This document shows, in pieces, positions 48,135 through 58,675 of a stretch of 64,000 bases of DNA (its first letter is position 1; the number at the start of each line of letters is the position of its first letter). The notes under the pieces are model-generated. The model saw only the letters and a program-made list of their open reading frames with translations. It was not told the origin of the DNA and did no database searches. Source of the stretch: Thermodesulfovibrionia bacterium (lineage in GTDB: Bacteria; Nitrospirota; Thermodesulfovibrionia; UBA6902). Both the position numbers and the translations under genes were made by a program. The DNA is taken from the NCBI GenBank assembly GCA_020053105.1, contig JAGVNU010000082.1:1693-65692 (forward strand), written 5' to 3'.

Positions 48135-48168
48135 ATATATTTGATATAGATTATCTTCCAAACAGGAA

Positions 48169-48199
48169 AAGGGAGGGGCTTATGATAAGTCTCTCCCTT
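48169..48199 (+). terminator. stable stem-loop downstream of the bS22-like ORF (no U-tract)
   Basis: aagggagggcttatgataagtctctccctt. 14 paired positions including 2 GU pairs, 3-nt loop. Confidence 0.3.
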
Positions 48200-48468
48200 C
48201 ATTCCGATGAAGTTAAGTCCCTCGTTGCATACTCTTCTAATTAATAGCAATAACTGAATAGTTACCGGGGTTTGATGATCCCTTGAAAAATTCACTTGAT
48301 AGAAATCGTCCGATAGTTTATATTATCTGAAATAAAAAACACATCATATTGTAGATTCACAAGTAAAGATCGCAATATTTAGTTATAAAATCATTCCGCT
48401 GATTCAGAAGTATATTGGTTGTCGTATGAAGAACAATCCATAATTTTGAAAATAAAAGGAAGAGAATT

Positions 48469-51400
48469 ATGCGTATTGAAAGACTAGAATTAATAGGCTT
48501 TAAGTCCTTTGCCGATAAAACATCTTTCAAGTTTCACCCAGGCACAACAGCCATTGTAGGGCCCAACGGGTGCGGCAAGAGCAATATTGTCGATGCCTTC
48601 AAATGGGTGCTCGGAGAGCAAAGCGCCAAGAGCCTCAGGGGCGGGAGCATGGAGGACGTTATCTTTGCAGGCTCGGTCTCTAAAAAGACAAAGGGTATGG
48701 CGGAGGTGACCCTTGTCCTCTCTGATATTATAAGAAAACCTTCAAATGGTTCGGACGGCGAAGAGACTCAGTTGCCAAGTGAAATATCGGTAACACGCAG
48801 GCTGTACCGCTCCGGCGAGAGCGAATATCTGATGAACAAGGTCCCGTGCAGGCTCAAAGACATCAAGAACATGTTTCTTGACACAGGCCTTGAGCTCAAG
48901 GCCTACTCCATACTTGAGCAGGGCCGCATAGGCGATATAGTAAATTCCAAGCCCCTGGACCGCAGATTTCTGATCGAAGAAGTTGCAGGTGTAATGAAAT
49001 ATAAAGTAAGAAAGCAGGAGGCCATGAGCAAGCTTGATGCCTCCAAATCAAACCTCCAGAGACTGCAGGACATAATCGCGGAAGTCAAGCGGCAGATAAA
49101 CACCATAGACAGGCATGCCAGAAAGGCCGAAAAATACAAGAAACTCTTTGAGGAAATAAAGGACATTGAAATACGGACCGCAAAGAGGGACATAAAGGCA
49201 TTTCGTGACGAGCTTTCGCAGCTTGCCTCTTCAGAAGATGCGCTTAAATTGAATGATGCCGAGGTCTCCATCAACTTCCATTCAATGGAGGCCCTGATAG
49301 AAGAAAAGAAACGTCTGTGCATTGAAAATGAAAGGTCCCTCGCGGAAATCAGGAACAGGCTCTATGCGCTCGAAAAGGAGACCATGGAGGATGAAGGCAA
49401 AATCGCCCTTCTTAAGAGCGACTGTGAAAATCTCAGGGAAAGAAATGGTCATTTACTTAGACAGAGCAATGACCTGACCATTGAGAAAGAGGCCGCCGTT
49501 GAGTCCATTGAAAAAATCGGAAACAGCGAGGTTGAAATGGCCACTGACCTTGCAAGGCTTGAGGCGATCCTGCAAGAGAGAAAGGAAATATTTTCCGCGG
49601 CTGAGAGCGGGATTACAGAGATAGAGATGGAACTGGAACATGAGAGGAGAAACCTTTATACCAGGGCCGAGGATCTGAGCAACATAAAAAATGAGATAAG
49701 CCATCTGTCTCTGAACATTGAAAATATCACGAGGAAGTCGGACAGGAGTTCGCAGGAAATAACCTCTGTTCAGGACAGTATGTCTTCCCTGGTCCTGGCA
49801 ATTGAGCAGACCAAAGGTGAAGATGCCAGGTTTGAAACAGACCTGCAGGAGACAAAGGAAGCAAAAGAAGGGCATGTTACTAAATTGAAAGACAAAAAAA
49901 TGGAACTCTCTTCAAGCGAAGTGTTTCTGTACGGGGAGAGGGAATCACTTGCTGCAATGAATTCAAGACATGAATCACTGGTGGAGATCGACAGGGGCCA
50001 GATGGCCTCCCTTGATGAAAGCATAAAGACACTCTGCCAGGTCGCTGACATAATTGAAACCCCAAGTGAATATGAGGCCGCCTTTGAGGCAATTCTCGGG
50101 GACAAGCTGAGCGCTAACATTGTTGAGGACCAGAACGAGATATCCAGGGCGCTGGGGTTCATCAAAGAGAATAATACAAAGCGCAGCGGTTTTATAACCG
50201 TTAATCCCGTGAGAGATGTTATTTCCGACGGAACGCATGCATCTCTCTCACACAGCGGAGTAATCGGTGAGGCCATAAAATTTGTTTCTGTTAAAGAGGG
50301 GTTTGATAAAGTAGCGGCAGCGTTGTTAAACGATGTGATACTGGTTGATAATCTGAATACCGCTTTTTCTTTGCGGGAAGACCCTGAAGCCGGAGCATTA
50401 CGGAAGGCCATATATTTTGTGACGCTTGAGGGAGAGGTGCTTGAGCCGTCGGGCGTAGTCTTTGGCGGGACTGATAAAGGGGTCCTGAAGATAAAGCGAC
50501 AGATAAAGGAAATTGAAAGTGAAATAGCATTGAAAAAAGGGAAGATATCGGAAGCTGAAAGTTCGGTCATTGCCATCAGGGAAGATATAGTATCAACTGA
50601 AAATGAAATTATCTCTTTGGATGGAAAGATATCCAGCCAGGAAAAATACTCCCACGGGCTTAAATTGAAAATAGAAAATCTGGAAGAGGAACGGGGCCGG
50701 CTGCAGCAGAAGCATGAATATATTTCTTTGGAGATCACCGGTGATCACAGGGAAATAGACAACCTTAAGAATACGCTCGTGCAGAAGGAACAACATTACA
50801 AGGCGCTTGAAGATGAAAAACTTCTTACCGAGGAAAAAATACGGTCCGTTCAAAATGGGATTTCCGAAAAGAGGGAAGCTCTCGAAATAACGCGCTCCGA
50901 ACTCACCGAAGTTAAACTTGAGCTTACGTCTGTGCGTGAGAAAATGGCGTCTGTCAGGAGAGAGATGGAAAGGCTTCATGCCGTTGTCATTGAAATAGAC
51001 CGAAAAAAGGAAGAAATGTCCAGTGAGCGGGGCAGCATACAGGACGTTATCGGGCAAAAAGAACAGCAGATCGTGCAGAAAGAAGAGACCCTTAAATTAA
51101 AGATTGTGGCAGTAAGTGAATTGCAGACAGAGGCCGCGAAAATAAATGAAATCCTTGAAGCCAAAAAGGCCGAGCTTGAGATCATGGAGAAACAACAAAA
51201 AGACCTGGCACGTCAGCTTGAAGCGGTCCACACCGAGCTCAGCCATGTGGAAATGAAAAAGATGGAGCGGTCCATGAAACTGGATTACCTTAAAGAGGAC
51301 ATCCATAAGACATACTCCATTGAAATAGAGACCGCTGACGTTCCTGATACGGTAAGTCCTGAAGAGGAAGAAAGACTGCCTGATCTCAAGGCGAGGCTCC

Positions 51401-52005
51401 AGGAGATAGGGCCCGTGAGCCTGGGCACGCTTGATGAGTATGAAGAGCTCAAGGGGAGGTTTGAATTTCTCACCAAACAGCGCGATGATCTTTTAAGCGC
51501 AATCACCGATCTGGAGGACACTATCCAGAAAATAAACAGGACGTCCAAGAAGAGACTGGAAGATGCCTTTGAGGCCCTGAATGAAAAATTCAAAGAGGTA
51601 TTCGCAATCCTGTTCGGCAAGGGGAGGGCGGAGCTTCAGCTTACCGAAGGGAGCATCCTTGACGCGGGGATTGAAATTATAGCGCAGCCCCCTGGCAAGA
51701 GACTGCAGAATTTGAACCTGCTCTCAGGAGGGGAGAAGGCGTTGACAGCGCTGTCGCTGCTCTTTGCAGGCTTCATGATTAAACCGACGCCGTTGTGCCT
51801 GCTGGATGAAGTTGACGCGCCTCTTGATGAGTCTAATACAGACAAGTTTATAAACCTGTTAAAAGAGATGGCAAAGAACATCCAGTTCATTGCCATTACC
51901 CATAACCGGAGGACCATGGAAGCTGCGGATTATATTTACGGCATCACCATGGAGGAACCCGGGGCTTCAAAGGTTGTTTCCATGCAGTTGTCAGAGGCGG
52001 TTTAA
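48469..52005 (+). CDS. smc: chromosome segregation protein SMC
   Basis: 1,178 aa. Walker A GPNGCGKSN, long coiled coils, hinge, and C-terminal signature LSGGEKALTALSLLFA...LDEVDAPLD. Confidence 0.95.
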   Translation: MRIERLELIGFKSFADKTSFKFHPGTTAIVGPNGCGKSNIVDAFKWVLGEQSAKSLRGGSMEDVIFAGSVSKKTKGMAEVTLVLSDIIRKPSNGSDGEETQLPSEISVTRRLYRSGESEYLMNKVPCRLKDIKNMFLDTGLELKAYSILEQGRIGDIVNSKPLDRRFLIEEVAGVMKYKVRKQEAMSKLDASKSNLQRLQDIIAEVKRQINTIDRHARKAEKYKKLFEEIKDIEIRTAKRDIKAFRDELSQLASSEDALKLNDAEVSINFHSMEALIEEKKRLCIENERSLAEIRNRLYALEKETMEDEGKIALLKSDCENLRERNGHLLRQSNDLTIEKEAAVESIEKIGNSEVEMATDLARLEAILQERKEIFSAAESGITEIEMELEHERRNLYTRAEDLSNIKNEISHLSLNIENITRKSDRSSQEITSVQDSMSSLVLAIEQTKGEDARFETDLQETKEAKEGHVTKLKDKKMELSSSEVFLYGERESLAAMNSRHESLVEIDRGQMASLDESIKTLCQVADIIETPSEYEAAFEAILGDKLSANIVEDQNEISRALGFIKENNTKRSGFITVNPVRDVISDGTHASLSHSGVIGEAIKFVSVKEGFDKVAAALLNDVILVDNLNTAFSLREDPEAGALRKAIYFVTLEGEVLEPSGVVFGGTDKGVLKIKRQIKEIESEIALKKGKISEAESSVIAIREDIVSTENEIISLDGKISSQEKYSHGLKLKIENLEEERGRLQQKHEYISLEITGDHREIDNLKNTLVQKEQHYKALEDEKLLTEEKIRSVQNGISEKREALEITRSELTEVKLELTSVREKMASVRREMERLHAVVIEIDRKKEEMSSERGSIQDVIGQKEQQIVQKEETLKLKIVAVSELQTEAAKINEILEAKKAELEIMEKQQKDLARQLEAVHTELSHVEMKKMERSMKLDYLKEDIHKTYSIEIETADVPDTVSPEEEERLPDLKARLQEIGPVSLGTLDEYEELKGRFEFLTKQRDDLLSAITDLEDTIQKINRTSKKRLEDAFEALNEKFKEVFAILFGKGRAELQLTEGSILDAGIEIIAQPPGKRLQNLNLLSGGEKALTALSLLFAGFMIKPTPLCLLDEVDAPLDESNTDKFINLLKEMAKNIQFIAITHNRRTMEAADYIYGITMEEPGASKVVSMQLSEAV

Positions 52006-52038
52006 AAAAGCCTTCATCGCTTGGCCTTCCGTAAACAG

Positions 52039-52359
52039 CTATTTGCGATGGCGGGAACGGGAGACGAGGCCGGCCAGCAGTCCGGATAAGATGAACATCC
52101 CCCCTTTTTTCCTTCTGCTTATCCTTTTTCTTGACGCTCGTATGTTTAAATGAGATGGGTTTATTTCAATCTTGTTCTTATTGGCGGTCTTATCATCAGT
52201 GTCAGCAGATAAATTAACAGCTGCCGGAACAATTGTTTTCAGAACGGTATTGTTTTGGTGTTCTGAAATTTCATCTGAGTCAGGATTTATAGAAAGTCCT
52301 GATTTTTTAAGACCGGTATTCCAGTTTTCAGCATTTATTACGTCATCATTATATCTCAT
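52039..52359 (-). CDS. hypothetical protein with C-terminal hydrophobic segment and Arg/Lys tail
   Basis: 106-aa ORF with an acceptable SD (aggggtg). C-terminus GGMFILSGLLAGLVSRSRHRK. Antisense ORFs of similar size exist. Low confidence. Confidence 0.25.
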   Translation of the reverse strand: MRYNDDVINAENWNTGLKKSGLSINPDSDEISEHQNNTVLKTIVPAAVNLSADTDDKTANKNKIEINPSHLNIRASRKRISRRKKGGMFILSGLLAGLVSRSRHRK

Positions 52360-52586
52360 GACGTTTCACCCCTGTTTGTTTATCAATAATTCATGCTCTT
52401 GAATCATTCTCAATATAACTGTTTATCCTATTCTTATACCGTGATTATTCTCACAACCGGATTTTTCATTCAAATTATTACGATTGTGGTAATAAATCTA
52501 ACGGGAAAAACCCGGACAGACCAAAAAAAAACTGTCCCACCATCAATAATGATGGGACAGCTGAGTGTGAAGTGCAATTGAAAGTG

Positions 52587-52685
52587 TTATTTCTTTTTCT
52601 TTTTAGCAGTAGTTTTCTTCTTAGCAACAGCTTTCTTTGGAGCAGCCTTTTTCTTCTTTGCAGCGGCTTTCTTAGTGGCGGCCAT
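52587..52685 (-). CDS. Lys/Ala-rich histone H1-like small basic protein (32 aa)
   Basis: MAATKKAAAKKKKAAPKKAVAKKKTTAKKKKK with SD aagggggtga 7 nt upstream. Composition is typical of bacterial H1/Hc-like nucleoid proteins. Confidence 0.5.
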   Translation of the reverse strand: MAATKKAAAKKKKAAPKKAVAKKKTTAKKKKK

Positions 52686-52726
52686 TTAAGTTCACCCCCT
52701 TTCCTCTCCCTTTTTTTGGGGAGTAT

Positions 52727-53305
52727 TTAAAGTCTTCCCATCAATAATATTTTTTTTGCACCCAAAAGTTTTTTAAGGTCCCGATCTCCACTTTTCTTTT
52801 TTGATTTATAATCTAAAAGACTCATTAATGTCAGATTAATTGTTCTTCCGAATCTTTTTTCAATATCGTCCAGGGGTTTTCTTATATTATTTGAATCAGA
52901 TACTACAAATAAGTCCAGCGAAGGATGATTTGCAGTATCCACATACGGGCCGTAAATAAAAGCTGATTTTACATCTGAGGTTTTTAAAACGGACTTAAGA
53001 GCGCCAGGGACCCCTAATGATTTTGCGATTAGACCTTTCAGTTCGGGGAAGAGAGGGGAGTTTGTATTGACTTTAAAATATTTGAGATTGCCCTCTTTTT
53101 CGGATGAAACGATATCCATATTCTGCAACTTATCCAGTTCTCTTTTCACCCCGGATGGATTCTTGTTTACAAGTCTGGCTATCTCTCTAACATAAAACTT
53201 TTCTTCCGGATTGTTAAACAGCAGGGACATTATGTTCGCCCTGATTCCCGATGTAAAAAGTTTTTCTAACATTATTGATATATAATTTATACAATCAAAA
53301 AACAA
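52727..53305 (-). CDS. winged-helix transcriptional regulator with C-terminal minimal nucleotidyltransferase-like domain
   Basis: HTH: ANIMSLLFNNPEEKFYVREIARLVNKNPSGVKRELDKLQNMDIV (ArsR-like). C-terminal AFIYGPYV...SLDLFVV recalls the MNT fold. Start uncertain (M1 at 53305 or M12 at 53272). Confidence 0.55.
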   Translation of the reverse strand: MFFDCINYISIMLEKLFTSGIRANIMSLLFNNPEEKFYVREIARLVNKNPSGVKRELDKLQNMDIVSSEKEGNLKYFKVNTNSPLFPELKGLIAKSLGVPGALKSVLKTSDVKSAFIYGPYVDTANHPSLDLFVVSDSNNIRKPLDDIEKRFGRTINLTLMSLLDYKSKKKSGDRDLKKLLGAKKILLMGRL

Positions 53306-53708
53306 TTGTCAAGAGAAAAATACAATATTGGAACATAAAAATACTTTTTGTATACAATTGAATTGTTCCAGATTACGATACAATTGTTGCCGTGTCATGA
53401 ACAACTAAACATAAAGATTAAATCATGCGCCGGCATTTTATTCGATTCTGTAACAGTATTATCTGTCAGTTTCAAACTGTAATTAATTCCCAGGAAAATG
53501 AATCTCGATTCCCAAACATGACTAATCCAATAATGCAGTCATTATAAATATGCCCGGATGAGGCGCTCTCTGGTCATCCCTCATCGTCTGCATCACTTGC
53601 GACGAGCGATGCTGGTCTGTGAGTATTTCATTAGTGTAGGTTTAAAACCTGATTTGTGGTCACGGGGGACTTCAATTGCCACCTGATCAGGGTCGGCGTG
53701 AGATCGCT

Positions 53709-54902
53709 TTATTTCAAATTTCCTAAAGCATCTTCTATCCTGTCCAGTCCTTTTTTAACGTTCTCCATTGAGGTCGCGTATGAGAGCCGGATGTATTTGT
53801 CGTCACCGAAGGCAGATCCGGGTACCAGCGCGACTTTCCCCTGTTCGAGGAGATAAGTGGACAGTTCGAGGGAATTATTTACCGGAGTGCCGTTAAACTT
53901 TTTACCGAAGTAGCTGGAGACATTTGGAAACGCATAAAACGCCCCGACTGGTGTTTTACACGTAACGCCTTTCATGGCATTAAGGCGCTCGACCATGTAT
54001 TTCCTTCTTTTGTCAAATTCTGAGAGCATGGTCTGCAGGAAATCCTGGGAGCCTCTAAGCGCTTCGACAGAGGCTTTTTGCGTAATCGATGTTACATTGG
54101 AAGTGGACTGACTCTGGATATTCGTCATCGCCTTTGTGATATCTTTGGGGCCCGCGGTAAACCCGATCCTCCAGCCTGTCATGGCATGGGACTTTGAGAG
54201 CCCGTTCACCACGATGGTACGCTGTTTGACCTCTTCTCCGAGAGAGGCGATGCTTATATGCTTAAAACCGTCATAGACAAGTTTTTCGTAGATCTCATCT
54301 GAGATGATGTAAAAATCGTGCTCTATTGCCAGCTTCGCTATTTCTTCAAGGCCCTTTTTCTCGTACGCAAGCCCAGTCGGGTTTGAAGGGCTGTTGAGGA
54401 TGAATGCCTTTGTCCTGGACGATATTTTTTCCCGGAGAAGCTCCGGCGTGACTACAAAAGAATTTTTTTCATCGGTTTCAATGATAACCGGCGTCGCGTC
54501 ATTCAGCAGCACCTGGTCGGGATAGGTCACCCAGTAAGGGGCCGGTATGAGCACCTCATCTCCTGGACCGAATAGCGCCTCGGCAATATTATAGAGGCTG
54601 TGCTTGGCCCCGCAGGAGACGAGTATCTCGTCTTTTTCATAATGAAGGCCATTGTCTTTTTTGAATTTCTCAATGATAGCTGTTTTTAATTCCGGGATTC
54701 CGTCGACCGCAGTATATTTTGTAAAACCGTCTCTCAGCGCCTTAATGGCCGCTTCCTTGATATGTTCGGGCGTATCGAAATCAGGCTCGCCAACGCCAAA
54801 GTTGGTGACGTCTACGCCTGAGGCCTTAAGCGCCGAGGCCTTTGCGTTCATTGCAAGGGTAGGTGAAGGTTTGATTGCCTTTGTTCTTTCTGCAAGTCTC
54901 AT
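53709..54902 (-). CDS. aspC: aspartate/aromatic aminotransferase (class I PLP-dependent)
   Basis: 397 aa. GEPDFDTP, PLP-lysine region SKSHAMTGWRIG. Confidence 0.9.
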   Translation of the reverse strand: MRLAERTKAIKPSPTLAMNAKASALKASGVDVTNFGVGEPDFDTPEHIKEAAIKALRDGFTKYTAVDGIPELKTAIIEKFKKDNGLHYEKDEILVSCGAKHSLYNIAEALFGPGDEVLIPAPYWVTYPDQVLLNDATPVIIETDEKNSFVVTPELLREKISSRTKAFILNSPSNPTGLAYEKKGLEEIAKLAIEHDFYIISDEIYEKLVYDGFKHISIASLGEEVKQRTIVVNGLSKSHAMTGWRIGFTAGPKDITKAMTNIQSQSTSNVTSITQKASVEALRGSQDFLQTMLSEFDKRRKYMVERLNAMKGVTCKTPVGAFYAFPNVSSYFGKKFNGTPVNNSLELSTYLLEQGKVALVPGSAFGDDKYIRLSYATSMENVKKGLDRIEDALGNLK

Positions 54903-54926
54903 TAGGTTACCTCGTTATTTATATTC

Positions 54927-55943
54927 TTATGTTGATTTTATAAACGGTCGACATGTCTTCATGCTCCTTAAAATTTCCTTCTGTGTAGCGACGGCGGTGC
55001 CGACTTTGGCTACGACGACTCCTGCGGCATGGTTTGCAATAATTGCGGCGTCTTTTAAATCCGCGCCTGCTGCCTGGCAAAGTGTCAGCGCCGCGATAAC
55101 GGTATCGCCTGCCCCGCTTACATCATATACTTCTCTTGCGCAGGTCGGGATGTTTGTAACGGCGCCGTTTTTTTCAAAGAGGGTCATACCTTCGTCACCT
55201 CTTGTTATTATTACCGCCAGGCATTGCAGCTTTTTAAGTAATGCCCTGCCCGCGGTGATTAAGGTTTTTTCATCAGTTATATCAATCCCTGATCCGAAAG
55301 ACGCTTCATTGATATTGGGCGTTATGAGACTCAGCCCTTTGTAATAGTCAAAATGACCGATCTTGGGGTCAGCCGCAATAAATATTTTTGAACGCGTAAG
55401 CTCAAGCAGTTTTCTGATAAGGTAGCGTGTAATGATGCCTTTGCAATAATCGGAAATGATTATGCCTTTTATCTCGGGCAGGCAGGAAGAAACATAATCA
55501 AGAATCAATGACAGGGTCGGTCTGCTGATATCGGCCCTCACTTCCCTGTCAAAACGCACTACCTGCTGGCTGTGAGCAATGACCCTGGTTTTTACTGTCG
55601 TGGGCCTGCTTCCGTCAATAACTATGCCGTCAGTGTTAAACCCTCTTTCAGACAGCTTGTTGATTAAGATTTTCCCTGTGTCATCCCTGCCGATGGCCCC
55701 GGCAATAAATACTTTACCGCCGAGAGACAATATATTATGGGCTACGTTGGCAGCGCCGCCAAGCAGCAGGTCTTCCCTGGTCACCTCTACAACCGGGACC
55801 GGCGCTTCAGGAGATATTCTCCGGACCTTCCCCCATATATACTGATCAACCATCAGGTCGCCGATCACGAGGACCCCTGTTTTTCCGAATTTATTAAAAA
55901 GGTCTTTCATATTTCCGTAAATTTGTCCCAATAAATTTAGCAT
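54927..55943 (-). CDS. hldE: D-glycero-beta-D-manno-heptose-7-phosphate kinase (RfaE domain I / HldE kinase domain)
   Basis: 338 aa PfkB-family. VLVIGDLMVDQYIWG, GGAANVA, and C-terminal GAGDTVIAALT anion hole. Confidence 0.85.
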   Translation of the reverse strand: MLNLLGQIYGNMKDLFNKFGKTGVLVIGDLMVDQYIWGKVRRISPEAPVPVVEVTREDLLLGGAANVAHNILSLGGKVFIAGAIGRDDTGKILINKLSERGFNTDGIVIDGSRPTTVKTRVIAHSQQVVRFDREVRADISRPTLSLILDYVSSCLPEIKGIIISDYCKGIITRYLIRKLLELTRSKIFIAADPKIGHFDYYKGLSLITPNINEASFGSGIDITDEKTLITAGRALLKKLQCLAVIITRGDEGMTLFEKNGAVTNIPTCAREVYDVSGAGDTVIAALTLCQAAGADLKDAAIIANHAAGVVVAKVGTAVATQKEILRSMKTCRPFIKST

Positions 55944-56080
55944 GTGAGGTTTACATTTGGCAACCGTCAGATATAATAAATAAGGTCCATTATGTTGTCC
56001 TGCTTCTAACTTCTAACTTCTTGCTTTTGGGTGTGTTATTATTGTTAATATTTTTTGCTTTATGACATAATAACTTCGTT

Positions 56081-57661
56081 ATGAAAAAATACAACGGTAT
56101 TTTATTGATTGCACTGCTTTTGGTCTCGTGCGCGGGTCCAATGCGGGAGTCGTTGAGTGATGATTATTCTGATGAATCTTATACGCATTATATACTGGCT
56201 GTAGAGGCGGAGCAGGAGTATAACTGGGAGGAGGCCTTGAAGCAGATGAAACTGGCCCTTAACGAGGACCCGGGATCGTCTTATCTGAAAACGGAAATCA
56301 GCCAGTTATATTTAAGAATGAACAGGCTGGAGGATGCGGTAAGGACTGCTGAAGAAGTGGTCCAGAAGGACCCCGGTTATGAACCGGCATTATCTTTGCT
56401 CGCCAGGCTGTATTCCAGCCAGAAAAGTTTTCAAAAAGCCATTGATATGTATTCGAAGGTGATTAAACATGATCCGTCAAAGGTGGAGGCATATATTCAT
56501 CTTGCGTACATGTATACACTTAATGATCAGCGGGACAGGGCGGTCCAGGTATTGAAGGAAGCCATAGACCTCGAACCCTATAATGCGATGGCGAGATATT
56601 ATCTCGGAAGAATTTATATTGAGTCAAAGGAATTTGACAGCGCAATTGTTGAGCTTAAGAAAGCAATCGGGATAAATCAGTCTTTTGTAGACAGTTATTT
56701 TCTGCTGGGCGCTGCTTATGAATCTATTGAAGATACGGACAATGCTGTTTTGAATTATGAAAAATTCCTGGAGTTGAATGCCCATGATATTGAGGCGAGG
56801 AAGAGGCTTACGAGGCTTTATTTTATACAGGGGCATATCGATAAGGTCATTGACCAGCTGTCAGCGATCTCGCATGCGGAGCCTGATAACCTTAAGGTAA
56901 TCGGGATGCTTGTGAATATGTATGTTGACAGTAAGCAGTTTGAAAAGGCGGAGGCGGAGCTGCGCAAAGTCATTGCTGCCGAGCCTGACAATGTAAATGC
57001 AACATATATGCTCGCAAGGATCCTTTCCGTTGTGAAGCAGTATGATGCCGCTGAAGAGCAATATATTAAGCTTGTTGAACTGCAGCCTGAAAATCCGGAA
57101 GTATATCTTTATTTCGGGCAACTGTACATTCAAAAGCAGGATTACATCAAGGCCGAAGAGATATTTAAGAAGGGACTTGCCGCAGCGCCCGATGATGATG
57201 ATCTTAATTTCAGCATCGCTATTGTATATGAGAAGGCAAAGAGATATGAAGATATGTTCAGCTACCTGAAGAAAACCATTGAGATTAATCCTGAGCATGT
57301 GGATGCTCTTAATTATCTTGGATATACTTATGCCGACAGGGGCATTAAACTGGATGAGGCGCTTGAACTTGTAAAAAAGGCGGTTGAACTGGAGCCTGAG
57401 CGGGGATATATACGCGACAGTCTCGGCTGGATATATTATAAGAAGGGGATGTATGATGAAGCCCTGGCGGAGATTAAAAAGGCCGCAGAATTAGAAAAGG
57501 ATGATCCGTTGATTCTTGAGCACCTGGGGGACGTGTATATTAAACTGAATGACAAAGAAGCTGCTATAAGGGCATGGGAAAAATCTCTCGAGTTTCATGA
57601 AAAGGAAGAAGGACTCAGAGAGAGAATCAAAGAAAAGATGCAAAACCTCAAGAAAGAGTAG
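56081..57661 (+). CDS. TPR-repeat lipoprotein
   Basis: Lipobox LLVSC(AG) after MKKYNGILLIALL. At least 11 TPR units across 526 aa. Confidence 0.85.
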   Translation: MKKYNGILLIALLLVSCAGPMRESLSDDYSDESYTHYILAVEAEQEYNWEEALKQMKLALNEDPGSSYLKTEISQLYLRMNRLEDAVRTAEEVVQKDPGYEPALSLLARLYSSQKSFQKAIDMYSKVIKHDPSKVEAYIHLAYMYTLNDQRDRAVQVLKEAIDLEPYNAMARYYLGRIYIESKEFDSAIVELKKAIGINQSFVDSYFLLGAAYESIEDTDNAVLNYEKFLELNAHDIEARKRLTRLYFIQGHIDKVIDQLSAISHAEPDNLKVIGMLVNMYVDSKQFEKAEAELRKVIAAEPDNVNATYMLARILSVVKQYDAAEEQYIKLVELQPENPEVYLYFGQLYIQKQDYIKAEEIFKKGLAAAPDDDDLNFSIAIVYEKAKRYEDMFSYLKKTIEINPEHVDALNYLGYTYADRGIKLDEALELVKKAVELEPERGYIRDSLGWIYYKKGMYDEALAEIKKAAELEKDDPLILEHLGDVYIKLNDKEAAIRAWEKSLEFHEKEEGLRERIKEKMQNLKKE

Positions 57662-57744
57662 TCACTGGTCCGGCGGGAGGTCAATTTAGGCGTACTATCT
57701 GCTGAATACCCGTTTGCTTACTACTAACTATTTGCTGTCAAAGT

Positions 57745-58605
57745 ATGCTCACATTAAAGGCCCCGGCAAAGATAAACTGGTTTTTAACGGTCATTGGTAA
57801 ACGCGATGACGGTTATCATGAGATTCAAAGCCTGATCCAGAAGATCACACTCTATGATGTCCTCAGATTTTCCCCTATTTCAGAAGAGGCAGCCGCGTCT
57901 GATAATATTATCCTGGAAACAGGCGCTCCGATTGCTGCAGAACAGAACCTTGTTTACAAGGCCGCAATGCGTTTAAAAAGCAGGTACGGCGTTGAAAAAG
58001 GGGCGGTGATTCGTCTGGAGAAAAATATACCTATGGGCGCAGGTCTCGGGGGAGGCAGCAGTGATGCAGCCTCAGCCCTGCAGGGACTTAATGAATTATG
58101 GTCCCTTGGCCTTACTGCCGATGAGCTTTGCTTAACAGCGGAAGAAATCGGATCTGACGTTCCATTCTTTTTGTCCGGTCCTCTGTCCTATGTCTATGGC
58201 AGGGGAGAAAAATTGGTCCCCCGCAAGGCCCTGAGACCGATGGACCTGCTGCTGGTGAAGCCTACATTTGAAGTATCAACCGCATGGGTGTATAAAAACT
58301 TTGCAATATTGACAAAAAAAGTCGGGAAAGTAAATAATATTGAGCATTTTATCCGTAATATTGAAAGAGCAGAACTAAACGGCATAACTGGTGATCTTTC
58401 AAATGACCTTGAATTAGTTACCGTTAGCAGCTTCCCTGTCATTGCAGAGATAAAAGAAAAGCTTCGCAGGCAGGGAGCGGTGTTTTCATTAATGAGCGGA
58501 AGCGGTTCAACTGTTTTTGGAGTATTTGAATCACGCAGGCTGGCGGAGCAGGCTTCACTTTATTTTAACGATTATTGGACGGCAGTAGTTGAAACAGTAA
58601 TATAG
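57745..58605 (+). CDS. ispE: 4-diphosphocytidyl-2-C-methyl-D-erythritol kinase
   Basis: APAKINWFLTV, GHMP-kinase motif PMGAGLGGGSSDAA. Confidence 0.9.
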   Translation: MLTLKAPAKINWFLTVIGKRDDGYHEIQSLIQKITLYDVLRFSPISEEAAASDNIILETGAPIAAEQNLVYKAAMRLKSRYGVEKGAVIRLEKNIPMGAGLGGGSSDAASALQGLNELWSLGLTADELCLTAEEIGSDVPFFLSGPLSYVYGRGEKLVPRKALRPMDLLLVKPTFEVSTAWVYKNFAILTKKVGKVNNIEHFIRNIERAELNGITGDLSNDLELVTVSSFPVIAEIKEKLRRQGAVFSLMSGSGSTVFGVFESRRLAEQASLYFNDYWTAVVETVI

Positions 58606-58675
58606 AGTTAAGAGTCAGGAGGCATGAGTTAAGAACGAATTACCTTTTATCTCCTAACTCTTAACTTGAATTAAT

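Noticed and set aside
49770-50738. 322-aa and several 70-150-aa minus-strand ORFs inside smc
   Set aside because: They are antisense to the coiled-coil region of smc. Low-complexity Ser/Phe-rich translations arise from reading Glu/Lys/Leu codons backwards.
52172-52581. 76-aa and 62-aa plus-strand ORFs
   Set aside because: They overlap or sit antisense to the slightly better-supported 106-aa minus-strand ORF. Hydrophobic, low-complexity translations and no RBS.
53306-53708. 400-nt apparently non-coding gap with a GATGAGG…CCTCATC hairpin (about 53560-53590)
   Set aside because: It could hold a small RNA or the promoter of the HTH regulator gene, but there is no conserved riboswitch or sRNA signature I recognise and no coding potential.
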